DNA of 64,000 nucleotides from Candidatus Aminicenantes bacterium UBA2190. Its GTDB lineage: Bacteria; Acidobacteriota; Aminicenantia; UBA2199. Each line of letters opens with the position of its first letter. The first letter of the stretch is position 1. Below the pieces are notes generated by a model. The model saw only the letters and a program-made list of their open reading frames with translations, did no database searches and was not told where the DNA came from. Positions 18,569 through 26,965 of this stretch are shown here, piece after piece. The position numbers and the translations under genes are program-made. The stretch spans positions 1,531 through 65,530 of the forward strand of contig DCVK01000023.1 in assembly GCA_002335385.1 (NCBI GenBank), in the 5' to 3' direction.

Positions 18569-19456
18569 ATGAAAAAGAAAAGAGTCATCGTTACGCGTCG
18601 GGACTTCATCCGCGGCAGCGCCGGTGCCGCGCTCGGGGCCGCTTTGCTGGGACCGGCCTGGCTGAAGGCCGAGGCGAAGGCGGCGGGAGGCCAGCGCAGC
18701 CTGGTCGTCATCGTTCGTGATGCCAAGGCCATGGATGCCAATCTGAGCGTCGACAAGCAGGCGGTGGCCAGCATGCTGGAGCAGGCGTTGGCGCAGGTGA
18801 CCGGCAAGGCTGACGCCAGGGCCGCCTGGCTCAGCCTGGTCAAGCCCACCGACATCGTCGGCCTGGTTCCGACTCCGCACCTCAATCCCACCCATGACCA
18901 ACTGATCGAGGTGGTCAGGGAGTCGCTGGTTGCCGCCGGCGTTCCATCCGGTCACATCGTCCACGCCCAGGGACGCGATGTCGACCTGGCGCCGATCACC
19001 GCCCTGATCTGCCTGCCTGCCTTGAAGGCCCATTGGCTTACCGGCATCGGCACGGTGATCAAGAACTACATCCTCTACTCCGGTGCTCCACGGAATTACC
19101 ACCACCAGGACAGCGCCAAGCTGGGGGAGATATGGAACCTGCCGCAGGTGAAGGGCAAGACCAGGCTGGTGCTGGTCGACGCACTGCATCCCCTGTGCGA
19201 CAAGGGGCCGCAGCCCGATCCGCGCTACAAGTGGGCATACAACGGCCTGATCGCGAGCCTGGACCCGGTGGCGGTGGACGCGGTGGGGCTGAAAATCATC
19301 AGTGCCAAGCGTGAGGCGCTGCGCGGCGAACCCTGGCCGATTTCCCCGCCACCCATCTGCATCGAGGCCGCCGACAAGGTTTACAAGCTGGGCAACAGCG
19401 ACCCGGCGAAGATCGACATCAAGGTATTCGGCTGGAAGGAAAACCTGCTGGTCTGA
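18569..19456 (+). CDS. DUF362 domain protein with a twin-arginine (Tat) signal
   Basis: Carries a Tat motif (TRRDFIRGSAGAALGAALL) and a DUF362-like core (LPALKAHWLTGIGTVIKNY, VDALHPLCDKGP). GGAGG lies upstream of the ATG. Confidence 0.65.
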   Translation: MKKKRVIVTRRDFIRGSAGAALGAALLGPAWLKAEAKAAGGQRSLVVIVRDAKAMDANLSVDKQAVASMLEQALAQVTGKADARAAWLSLVKPTDIVGLVPTPHLNPTHDQLIEVVRESLVAAGVPSGHIVHAQGRDVDLAPITALICLPALKAHWLTGIGTVIKNYILYSGAPRNYHHQDSAKLGEIWNLPQVKGKTRLVLVDALHPLCDKGPQPDPRYKWAYNGLIASLDPVAVDAVGLKIISAKREALRGEPWPISPPPICIEAADKVYKLGNSDPAKIDIKVFGWKENLLV

Positions 19457-19486
19457 GCGCCAAGGCTATAACAGGACGATCGTGCA

Positions 19487-19890
19487 GTGTTAGTGTTATT
19501 GTTAGCAGGAGATCAGAGTGAAATTCATGGTCAAAGACAGTTATTGAAATCGGTTTACGGTAGACGGTTTACGGTTGACGGCAAGAAAAAAGGTAATAGG
19601 AAGACTAAAATTCCAAGCACCAAATCCCAAATTCCAAATAAATTCCAAATTCCAATCACCAAATCCCCTGGCGGGGACTTTGACCAAAACGAAGAAAAGG
19701 CATGCAATTTCAAGGGGGATTTTGTTTTGGAAATTGGAATTTGTTTGTTATTTGGAATTTGGGATTTGGGATTTAAGTCCTATTAATACCGTTCATTCAC
19801 CTTACGCCTTAAACCCTGAACCTTGCGCCGATTTCCCTTCTTCCTCTTCACGAATCACGAATCACGACTCACGAATTACGAATCACGAAG
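19487..19890. repeat. AT-rich composite intergenic repeat element, copy 1 (phased hexamer/heptamer tandem arrays flanking a 178-bp imperfect palindrome at 19603-19780)
   Basis: - GTGTTA x3 at 19487-19504.
- CGGTTTA-type x4 at 19551-19581.
- CACGAAT-type x6 at 19849-19890.
- The flanks align ungapped, at roughly 85-90% identity by eye, with 42435-42534 and 42709-42780. Confidence 0.9.
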
Positions 19891-19900
19891 ATCGTCCCGG

Positions 19901-21403
19901 TCAGTTATCGTATTCGTCGCCGCCGATGTCGTAGGTGCCGTCGCGCACGGCGCGATCGATGTCGTAGCGCACGACCGTGTTGTTCCGCCCGCGGTTGATG
20001 GCCGGGCTGGAGGCGGACAGCTTTTTCTGCACGTCCAGAAGGGGATCGGCCTGCAGGGAATCGCCGTCGCCCTTGATGTGCGCCTGCCATTGAGCGAGGC
20101 TCATGCCCTGGGCGAACGAGCCCGGGCGCTGGTCGTAGAAGAGGCAGGCGCCGCCGCCGATGCGGAAATACAGGTTATGGCTCATCACGGGCATGCCGCT
20201 GAGCGCCGAAAGGCCGCCCAGTTCGTCGGCGTAGCGGATGCGCACCACGTGCTCATCGCCGCCGGCAGCCTGGACGAAGATGTTGTTGCGGATGTCGGGC
20301 TCCAGCGTCGGCGGACGCTTGGCCGTGGGCTCCCAGTCCTGGAAGCTGATCCCGAAATGGAGGGCGTTCTGGCCCCTTGAGGCGGCGTTATAGACGGTGT
20401 TGTTATAGATCCTCGGCTTGCTGGAGGCGTAGATGCCGATGCCGGCATAACCCGTATCGTAAATGATGTTGTTGCGCACCGTGCCGTTCAGGCTCTCGTA
20501 GAAGCCGGGGTTGGCCTGCAGGTCGAAGAACTCGGGACTGGTGTCGAAGCCGACCATGATGCCGCCGCCGCCGCAGGAATAGACCAAGTTTCTCTGCACC
20601 ACGCAGCCCTGGGCCCCGCCCTTGAAGTAGAGGCCGTTGGTGGCGATGTCGTGGATGCGGCAGTCCTCGACCGTCATGCGGTCGCCGTTGACGTTGTCGA
20701 TGCCCTCGGCGTTGCCGTCGTCGCGGCGGCCGCTGCGGAAGATCTCGCAGCGGCGGATGACGATGTCGTCGCAGCCGGGGGTGATCTTGACGCAATCGCG
20801 GCCGCTGTCGTGGATGCGGCAGTCTTCCACAAGCATGCGCGAGGCGCCGGAGCGGTCGTTGGCGTTGCCCCAGTCCCACTTGGTCTGGAACATCACGCCG
20901 TAATAATAGCCGCCGACGATTTCCAGCCGCTGGAGCTTGCCGCCGGAGGCGTCCACGTCGAACAGCACCGTGACGTCGAGGTCGGGATCGTTGACCGGGC
21001 ACTGGATGACCGCCCACTCGCCGGTCTGGGAACGGATGGTGATGTTCGGGAGACGCACCCTGACGGTCTCCCTGTACGTTCCGCCGCGCAGGACGATCGA
21101 TTTTCCCGCATCGGCCCTTTCCAGGGCCCGGGCGATGGTGCGGAACGGGGCGGCCAGGGAGCCGTCGTTGCCGGCGTCATTGCCCGCCGGCGCCACATAG
21201 AGCACGTTCGCCTCGTCGTACACGGGATCGGGCGGCAGGGTCTCTTCGTAATCGGTCGGATTTTCGGAATCGGCTGGATCATCGGGAAGCCCGCCTTCCT
21301 CGCGGGCGCAGCCCGAGAGGAACAGGAAAGCCGTCAACAGGAGCACCATCCTGCAGCGGCGGCCGAATGTCCTGCCAAGGCCCGATTTTTTGCTGAGTCC
21401 CAT
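19901..21403 (-). CDS. Right-handed parallel beta-helix (PbH1/DUF1565-type) lipoprotein
   Basis: Has a lipobox (LFLSGC), a DUF1565-like N-terminus (LYVAPAGND...PFRTIARAL) and repeated NN-I/V-x motifs (NNIIYDTGYAGIGIY, NNTVYNAAS). Confidence 0.75.
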   Translation of the reverse strand: MGLSKKSGLGRTFGRRCRMVLLLTAFLFLSGCAREEGGLPDDPADSENPTDYEETLPPDPVYDEANVLYVAPAGNDAGNDGSLAAPFRTIARALERADAGKSIVLRGGTYRETVRVRLPNITIRSQTGEWAVIQCPVNDPDLDVTVLFDVDASGGKLQRLEIVGGYYYGVMFQTKWDWGNANDRSGASRMLVEDCRIHDSGRDCVKITPGCDDIVIRRCEIFRSGRRDDGNAEGIDNVNGDRMTVEDCRIHDIATNGLYFKGGAQGCVVQRNLVYSCGGGGIMVGFDTSPEFFDLQANPGFYESLNGTVRNNIIYDTGYAGIGIYASSKPRIYNNTVYNAASRGQNALHFGISFQDWEPTAKRPPTLEPDIRNNIFVQAAGGDEHVVRIRYADELGGLSALSGMPVMSHNLYFRIGGGACLFYDQRPGSFAQGMSLAQWQAHIKGDGDSLQADPLLDVQKKLSASSPAINRGRNNTVVRYDIDRAVRDGTYDIGGDEYDN

Positions 21404-21535
21404 TCTGTTGAGTAAGATAGGATTTCAGCGGAATTATCTCAACCGATTTTTTTCCTGGGGATGCCGCCCGGGAACTCCGACCTTGAAAAAACGGAAATTT
21501 AAGGCTCCTTCCGCGGGAAACGGTAGGCGGGCCGC

Positions 21536-21838
21536 TTACCGGCCCAGGAAATAGGGCGGGACCAGCGCCCGATGGATGGCGATCCTTTCCCAGACCTTGC
21601 CCAGCACGTAGGGCTCGTGGTCCAGCCATTCCCGCTGCAGTTCCTCTCTTGAGGGGAAGTCGCAGACGATCATCGAGCCGATCAGATCTCCCTTCTCGTT
21701 CAGGATGCCGCAGGCATAGAGCCAGCGGCCGTTCTCGTGCCATTTTTCCGCCTGCTGCAAATGCTCCGGCCGCACCGCCATCCTGCGCTCCAGGGCCTTC
21801 TCATCCGTTCCGTCATAGGCGATCACGATAAAGTGCAT
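21536..21838 (-). CDS. YciI family protein
   Basis: Begins MHFIVIAYDGTD...RPEHL and ends in a YciI-like fold. The start at 21838 has GGAGG upstream. Confidence 0.7.
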   Translation of the reverse strand: MHFIVIAYDGTDEKALERRMAVRPEHLQQAEKWHENGRWLYACGILNEKGDLIGSMIVCDFPSREELQREWLDHEPYVLGKVWERIAIHRALVPPYFLGR

Positions 21839-21858
21839 CGGAAACCTCCGGGGGAATT

Positions 21859-23403
21859 TCACCTTTTATTCGGATCTTTTTCTTGAAGCTTTTTCAGCAT
21901 CTCCCGGGCATTTTGGTTTTGGGGATTGATTTCCAGGACTCTCTTGTAGCTTTCGATGGCTTTTTCCTTTTCTCCGTTTCTCATATAGCATTCGCCCAGG
22001 CTGTCATGGGCATTGGCCAATCCGGGATGCAACTCCACGTTCATCTGGAATACCTGAAGGGCGCCTGCCAGATTCCCGGCCTGCATCAGCCGGTACCCCA
22101 GGTCGTTGAACTCGTTTTCGTCGAAATAGATCGAGGGCTGGGAATGGGCCTGCAATTCCCTGAATTTATTGATCCCGGCTTCGATTCCGCCGGCACGAAT
22201 CGCCTTTTCCACCTGATAGGCGGCGGAGGCCTTGATTTTTTTCTCCATGCTCGCGAGCCGGGAACGGAGCATGCCGTTGTCGTGCGGAACCAACTCCACG
22301 GCCTTTTTTATATAATCCAGCGCGCTCTCCAGGTTTCCCATCCGGGACAGGATGTTGGCCATGCGGAAAAAGCTGTTGGCCCCCAGGGGATACCGTTCCA
22401 TGGCAAATTCAAGAATCTTCACAACCTCATTGATTTTTCCGAGTTCCATCAGGTGATCCCCCTGAACCGTCAGCACGTGCTCGGGCGGATCCACTTCAAA
22501 CCCGTATTCTTTTGACAACTCCCGGTAAAACGAAAGCACGTCATCCAGGCATTCCACCTTTCGCTTCTCCGGGAATGGATAATCTTCAAACAATTTTTTC
22601 AAGCCTTCCCGCAATCCCAGGCGCTGTAAGAATTCGTCATGCCCGGGCATGAAATTCAATTCCAATTCAAAACCTTCCGGATGGCTGGTTTTGACGATTT
22701 GCTCAAACCGATTCAGGTACCCGATCCCCTCCCTGGCCAAAGCATCCGCGTCATCATAGGAAATGAATACCCATTTTCTGAAATCCGATTTTTGATTCAA
22801 AGAACTCTCCGTCGTTTTCAGGATCAAATCCCTTCCGCCCTGCCAGCGGAACGGATGGTTGATGATCAGCGCGTCAAATATGTCGGGATGCTGAAAAAGA
22901 GTAAACAGCCCGAAATTGGCCCCGGCCTGGGGACCGATCAGAACCCGGAAATCCTTGGTCCGATATTGGCTCTTGATGAAAGGGAACGCCTCCTGCTGCA
23001 GGAAGCGGGTGAAGGCTTCAATGCCCGTGGGCTTGCCATCGGGTGTCAGGGGCAGCAGGTCGCGGTAGCGGTCGGCATTCATGATGCCGACCAGGAGACA
23101 ATCGGGGATCCGTCCGGTCGGGCACAGGGTGTCGAGAACGGAAACCGCCTCGGCAAAATAGGTGGTCACATGGTCGCCGTAGAGCATATAGAGGACCGGG
23201 TAGCGCCGTTTCCCATCTTCGTACCCTCGGGGCAGGTGCACCAGGAGCGTCCGCTCCTCGTTCAATATTTCGGAGTGAATCTTCCGGTACTTCCCGATCG
23301 CCACGTCGTCACCGTCCTGCTGGGCGAAGGCGAATGACGACCCTGCCGATTCCAGCATGATCAGGCAAAAAGCCAGGATCAATATCCGTGTTCCTTTTTT
23401 CAT
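21859..23403 (-). CDS. Secreted alpha/beta-hydrolase (esterase, PF00756-like) domain fused to C-terminal TPR repeats; the nucleophile motif appears degenerate
   Basis: Has a signal peptide and an esterase-like core (YPVLYMLYGD...). GPQAG stands where GxSxG is expected. TPR repeats occupy the C-terminal third. Confidence 0.7.
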   Translation of the reverse strand: MKKGTRILILAFCLIMLESAGSSFAFAQQDGDDVAIGKYRKIHSEILNEERTLLVHLPRGYEDGKRRYPVLYMLYGDHVTTYFAEAVSVLDTLCPTGRIPDCLLVGIMNADRYRDLLPLTPDGKPTGIEAFTRFLQQEAFPFIKSQYRTKDFRVLIGPQAGANFGLFTLFQHPDIFDALIINHPFRWQGGRDLILKTTESSLNQKSDFRKWVFISYDDADALAREGIGYLNRFEQIVKTSHPEGFELELNFMPGHDEFLQRLGLREGLKKLFEDYPFPEKRKVECLDDVLSFYRELSKEYGFEVDPPEHVLTVQGDHLMELGKINEVVKILEFAMERYPLGANSFFRMANILSRMGNLESALDYIKKAVELVPHDNGMLRSRLASMEKKIKASAAYQVEKAIRAGGIEAGINKFRELQAHSQPSIYFDENEFNDLGYRLMQAGNLAGALQVFQMNVELHPGLANAHDSLGECYMRNGEKEKAIESYKRVLEINPQNQNAREMLKKLQEKDPNKR

Positions 23404-23549
23404 GACAACCTCCTCATTTCTCCGATCCTTTTGGGCCATGGTCGCGGCTGGGGCAATGGCGAAAAGCTCTCGGAATTATCATCCTCGTCCTGCGCAATGA
23501 AATACCATATCGTGCCAATTGCATAAAAACAAGCACCATCCCTCAAAGG

Positions 23550-25784
23550 TTATTTCACCTGGGAAAGGCATTTTTCTTTCAGGAATAGCAGGAAGCCGGC
23601 GTCGATGCGGAAGATGTCGCCGCTCTCCTCGCCGCTTTCACTCTTATGATGGCGAAAGAAATAGAGGTCCCGGCCATCGGGCGAGACCAGCGGAAAATCT
23701 TCGCCGGCCGGCGTGTTAACGGCGTCGCCCAGGTTGATCGAAGGCGACCAGTTCCCCTGCCCGTCGCGGAAGCTGATGTAGATGTCCCAGCCGCCGCGAT
23801 GGCCGGGGCCGTCCATCCAGGCGGTCAAGAGATAATCCTCGTCGGGGGCGACGAAGGCATGGCCGCCGATCAGGCCCTGTGGCGCCTGCGGATCGAAAAG
23901 CTTCACCGGTTCGCCTGCTTTTTCCTCCGCGAACGGGCAGTTCCAAAGCCCCATGGACGAATAGTACAGCCTGCCGCTCCGGCCCTGGCTGGCCCGCCAC
24001 TGGTCGCCCGGCCCGTTGATGGGCGCGGGCAGCGCTTTCGGCGGCGACCAGCCGTCGCCCTGGCGCTCGACCATCCAGAGGTTGAACCCGTCGGCGTTGG
24101 GCTGATCCGCCAGCGGCCGGTCGGAACTGAAGAACAGGCGCCGGCCGTCGGGGCTGAACGTCGGCTCGAGATCGGAATGAACTCCCGAAAAGGGGGCGGT
24201 GACGGAAGACTGCCAGATGCCGTCCCTGCGCTCCGTCCGCTGAATTTCCCACTGGCCGGGAGCTTTGCGGACGGCGAAGAAGGCGTCGTTCTTGTCCGGG
24301 CTGAGAGCGAGGCAGAACTCGATGCGCCCCGGCAGGCAGATGACGCCGGGGGCGAAGATTTCAGCCCCGGTTGTCTCCGGCGGCTGCAGCTGTTCCAGCA
24401 TTTTTTTGGCATTGTCATTGTTCGGATTCAATGCCAGGGATTTCTTGTAATTTTCGATGGCAAGTTCCTTTTTGCCATTTTTCAGACAGGCTTCGCCCAG
24501 GCTGTCGTGCGCATTGGCGGATCGGGGAAACATCTCAACGTTGAATTTGAAAACCTTCAAGGCCTGCAAAATTTTCCCGGTATTCATCAGGCCATATCCG
24601 AGAAAATTGAACGATCCCTCGTCAAAATAGAACCTGCTGCCGCTCTCGCGCAGCTTTCTGAGCCTGGCCATCGTTTCATCCAGCGCGTTCGGGCCGGCAT
24701 TTTTGAGGAGCTCGGAGGCCAGTTTCTTATGCTGCAAAAAGAAGACGCGGACATGGGAGTGATGCTGCGGCCGCACCCATTGGTCGCCACGCTCCTTGTA
24801 AACCGGCATCGTTTTGACAAAAGCAAATTCCCGGTCCAGGGAGAATTGCTCCTGGATCTCGGCGAGGTCCCTGCCGGCAGCTTCCGCAGTCTTGACGCTG
24901 TTCCAGAGCTGGCGGATATAATCGAGGTGTTCACGGGCGCGCTCCCTGGTCCAGAGATCGGTCATGTCGCACAAGACTCTTTCCACGGCATTTTCCCCCT
25001 CCAGGATCTCCTCCAGCAACGCAATCCAGCGGGGGACGTCCAGTTCTGCGTATTGGCCATAGGGATAGGGAGCGAGATGGTGCGAATGGAGGATGAATCC
25101 CGGGATGATCGCCAGCTTCTCCTCGGGAACGACCACGACCGTCATGCCGTTGTAGTTTCCGGCCTTGCCGAACCAGTTCAGCTCAAGAGTGAGGTCGCCC
25201 AGATCAACCTGCATCTTGTCGCTGAAAACCGTTTCGGGAAGCAAAAGGGAGAAGCCCTTCTCCAGTTCTTCGGCCCGCTGCCCGCAGGTGCGCAGCCACT
25301 GCTCTTCGATCACCGCTTTTTCAGAGCCTTTTTCGTGGGTTTCCAAGCGTTTGCGCGAGACCTCCTCCTTCCAGCGCCACATCTCGATGAGCTGCTTGAT
25401 CTCCGCCTCGACCTCCTTTTCTTTCCCCCGGTACTTGTTCAGGAAGCTCTCATGGCCGATGATCGTCGTGTCCTTGTAGACGGCGTTGCCGCCGAACAGA
25501 TCGAGCCGGTCGACCAGATTGAGCGCATAGGCGAAATCATTCCGCTTCAGGCCTTTGGCGATCGCTTCCCTGAATTTTTGCGCCGTGATCCCGGACCAGA
25601 AGGTGTTGAAGACGACCAGTCCTTTTTCGGACTGGATGACCAGCTGTTCGTCCCCGCCATCGGCAACGGTCACGACCGATACTTTGTCGGAAATGTTCCT
25701 GACCTGGAAGTTTTGCTTTGGTTCCTCACCGGGTACCGCTGTCCCAACCAGCAACAAACAGCCGATGGCAATCAGTTTTTTCAT
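23550..25784 (-). CDS. Secreted three-module protein: degenerate MBL-fold domain + TPR + PD40/TolB-type beta-propeller
   Basis: The start at 25784 has AGGAGG upstream and is followed by a signal peptide. The N-terminal domain is homologous to the MBL-TPR protein at 32514-33950 but reads NLVDRLDLFGGN in place of NTHGHVDHVSGN. The C-terminus has PD40 repeats (FSPDGRRLFFSSDR, VSPDGRDLYFF). Confidence 0.75.
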   Translation of the reverse strand: MKKLIAIGCLLLVGTAVPGEEPKQNFQVRNISDKVSVVTVADGGDEQLVIQSEKGLVVFNTFWSGITAQKFREAIAKGLKRNDFAYALNLVDRLDLFGGNAVYKDTTIIGHESFLNKYRGKEKEVEAEIKQLIEMWRWKEEVSRKRLETHEKGSEKAVIEEQWLRTCGQRAEELEKGFSLLLPETVFSDKMQVDLGDLTLELNWFGKAGNYNGMTVVVVPEEKLAIIPGFILHSHHLAPYPYGQYAELDVPRWIALLEEILEGENAVERVLCDMTDLWTRERAREHLDYIRQLWNSVKTAEAAGRDLAEIQEQFSLDREFAFVKTMPVYKERGDQWVRPQHHSHVRVFFLQHKKLASELLKNAGPNALDETMARLRKLRESGSRFYFDEGSFNFLGYGLMNTGKILQALKVFKFNVEMFPRSANAHDSLGEACLKNGKKELAIENYKKSLALNPNNDNAKKMLEQLQPPETTGAEIFAPGVICLPGRIEFCLALSPDKNDAFFAVRKAPGQWEIQRTERRDGIWQSSVTAPFSGVHSDLEPTFSPDGRRLFFSSDRPLADQPNADGFNLWMVERQGDGWSPPKALPAPINGPGDQWRASQGRSGRLYYSSMGLWNCPFAEEKAGEPVKLFDPQAPQGLIGGHAFVAPDEDYLLTAWMDGPGHRGGWDIYISFRDGQGNWSPSINLGDAVNTPAGEDFPLVSPDGRDLYFFRHHKSESGEESGDIFRIDAGFLLFLKEKCLSQVK

Positions 25785-25837
25785 TTCAATTCCTCCTGCC
25801 GGGCGCACGGCGGCATCGCCAGCGCTGCCAATGATTA

Positions 25838-26287
25838 TCATATCACCGCCTCCGGTCCGGTTCCATATCTGGAAGGATATCTCGACCACAATTTTCTGTT
25901 GTGTTTTGCAGGGCGCAGCCCTCTTGCTTTCCAAAGATAAATCGTCAGGGCCATGAGCAATATTCCTGAAACGATCTCACTCGCGACATCCTGCCCGTTG
26001 AGCAAGAAAGATCCCGATGGTTGGTAGGTGAACAGGCTTTTTCTCAGGAATTTGCTGTCACTCAGGCCCATTCCGAACAGCGGCCCCATGGTTCAGTTCC
26101 AGATGAAATGCACTCCGATGCACATCCATAGGGCTCTTGTTTTTATATACAGGATTCCGAGAAAGGCCCCGGCCATGACCGCCACGGCGATGGAGTAAAC
26201 CGTTATCCCCTCATTGCTCAAATGGGCTGCGCCGAACAATAGCGAGTAGATGCCCAGGCTGATGCAAAAGCTGCTGCCTTCGATCAT
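25838..26287 (-). pseudogene. Remnant of a CPBP (CAAX/Abi) intramembrane protease: N-terminally truncated and interrupted by an in-frame TGA
   Basis: Only the distal CPBP motifs are present (FGAAHL, HFIWN). The EExxxR motif region is absent. A TGA at 26093-26095 is followed in the same frame by a further hydrophobic ORF (26089-25838). The 5' end abuts the isochorismatase stop (ATGA at 26284-26287). Confidence 0.5.
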
Positions 26288-26874
26288 TGCCGGAGCTGCA
26301 GGAAGAACATCATGGACTCGAAGCTCAGCGAATCGCAGATGTCCTTGACGGCGTTGGTGTAGTCGGGGTTGTGGCTCATGATGCCCTCGCGGATCATGAA
26401 GACCTTGTAGCCGCGCTCCACGCCTCCGAAATAGGTGGGCAGCACGCAGCCGGTCGCGCTCAGGCCGCACAGGAAGACGGTATTGCAGCCCTTCTCCTTC
26501 AGGATCCGGTCCAGGTCGGTCTGGACGAAGGCGCTGGGAAAGCGCTTGACAACCCTGACGTCCTCGCCAGGGGGCAAGATCGTATCGACGAAGGCGAATT
26601 CCTTCGTGCCTTCCGCCGGTCCCCAGCGCAGGTCGCTGTGGTGGACGCGCACCACCGGGAGTTTATGCTGGCGGAAAAACCAGATTGCGCCGTTGATCAC
26701 CCGCAGGGCGATCTTCTGCTCCTGTTCCGACATCAGCGGCAGGTAGGCGTTCTGCACGTCGACCACCACCAGCGCCGGCCGGATCGCCTCGCCGGTTCCT
26801 TCCGGCTGCGCCATTCCCGCAACGGGGAGCAGCATCCAGATCAAGGTCAGAATCAAGACCTTTTTTTCATTCAT
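26284..26874 (-). CDS. Isochorismatase-family (cysteine hydrolase) protein with a signal peptide
   Basis: Carries VVVDVQNAY (Asp) and FLCGLSATGCV (Cys). The N-terminal signal is MNEKKVLILTLIWMLLPVAGMAQ. AGGAGG lies upstream of the ATG at 26874. Confidence 0.8.
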   Translation of the reverse strand: MNEKKVLILTLIWMLLPVAGMAQPEGTGEAIRPALVVVDVQNAYLPLMSEQEQKIALRVINGAIWFFRQHKLPVVRVHHSDLRWGPAEGTKEFAFVDTILPPGEDVRVVKRFPSAFVQTDLDRILKEKGCNTVFLCGLSATGCVLPTYFGGVERGYKVFMIREGIMSHNPDYTNAVKDICDSLSFESMMFFLQLRQ

Positions 26875-26965
26875 GCTCGAAACCTCCTTTTGTTCCCGCG
26901 CACAGGACTGCCGGACGGCGCGGATATTTTTCATCTTACTCTGTCCAGTAGAATGATTTTGATAG

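Noticed and set aside
19487-19934. ORFs running through the repeat elements (19487-19786, 19575-19934, 42401-42853, 42759-43121). They share a short similar peptide (GQRQLLKSV.GRRFTV).
   Set aside because: The similarity is explained by nucleotide-level repeat conservation. The reading frames are destroyed by the core inversion and by unit indels, the sequence is low-complexity, and there is no ribosome-binding site.
21404-21535. Imperfect hairpin GTTGAGTAAGATA...TATCTCAAC followed by T7 on the plus strand
   Set aside because: There is no plus-strand gene upstream for it to terminate. On the relevant minus strand it lacks a U-tract. It was left unannotated.
26093-26095. In-frame TGA in the CPBP remnant considered as a selenocysteine or readthrough codon
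   Set aside because: The gene also lacks its whole N-terminal catalytic half. No SECIS-like hairpin is apparent, and CPBP proteases are not known selenoproteins. Decay is the simpler explanation.
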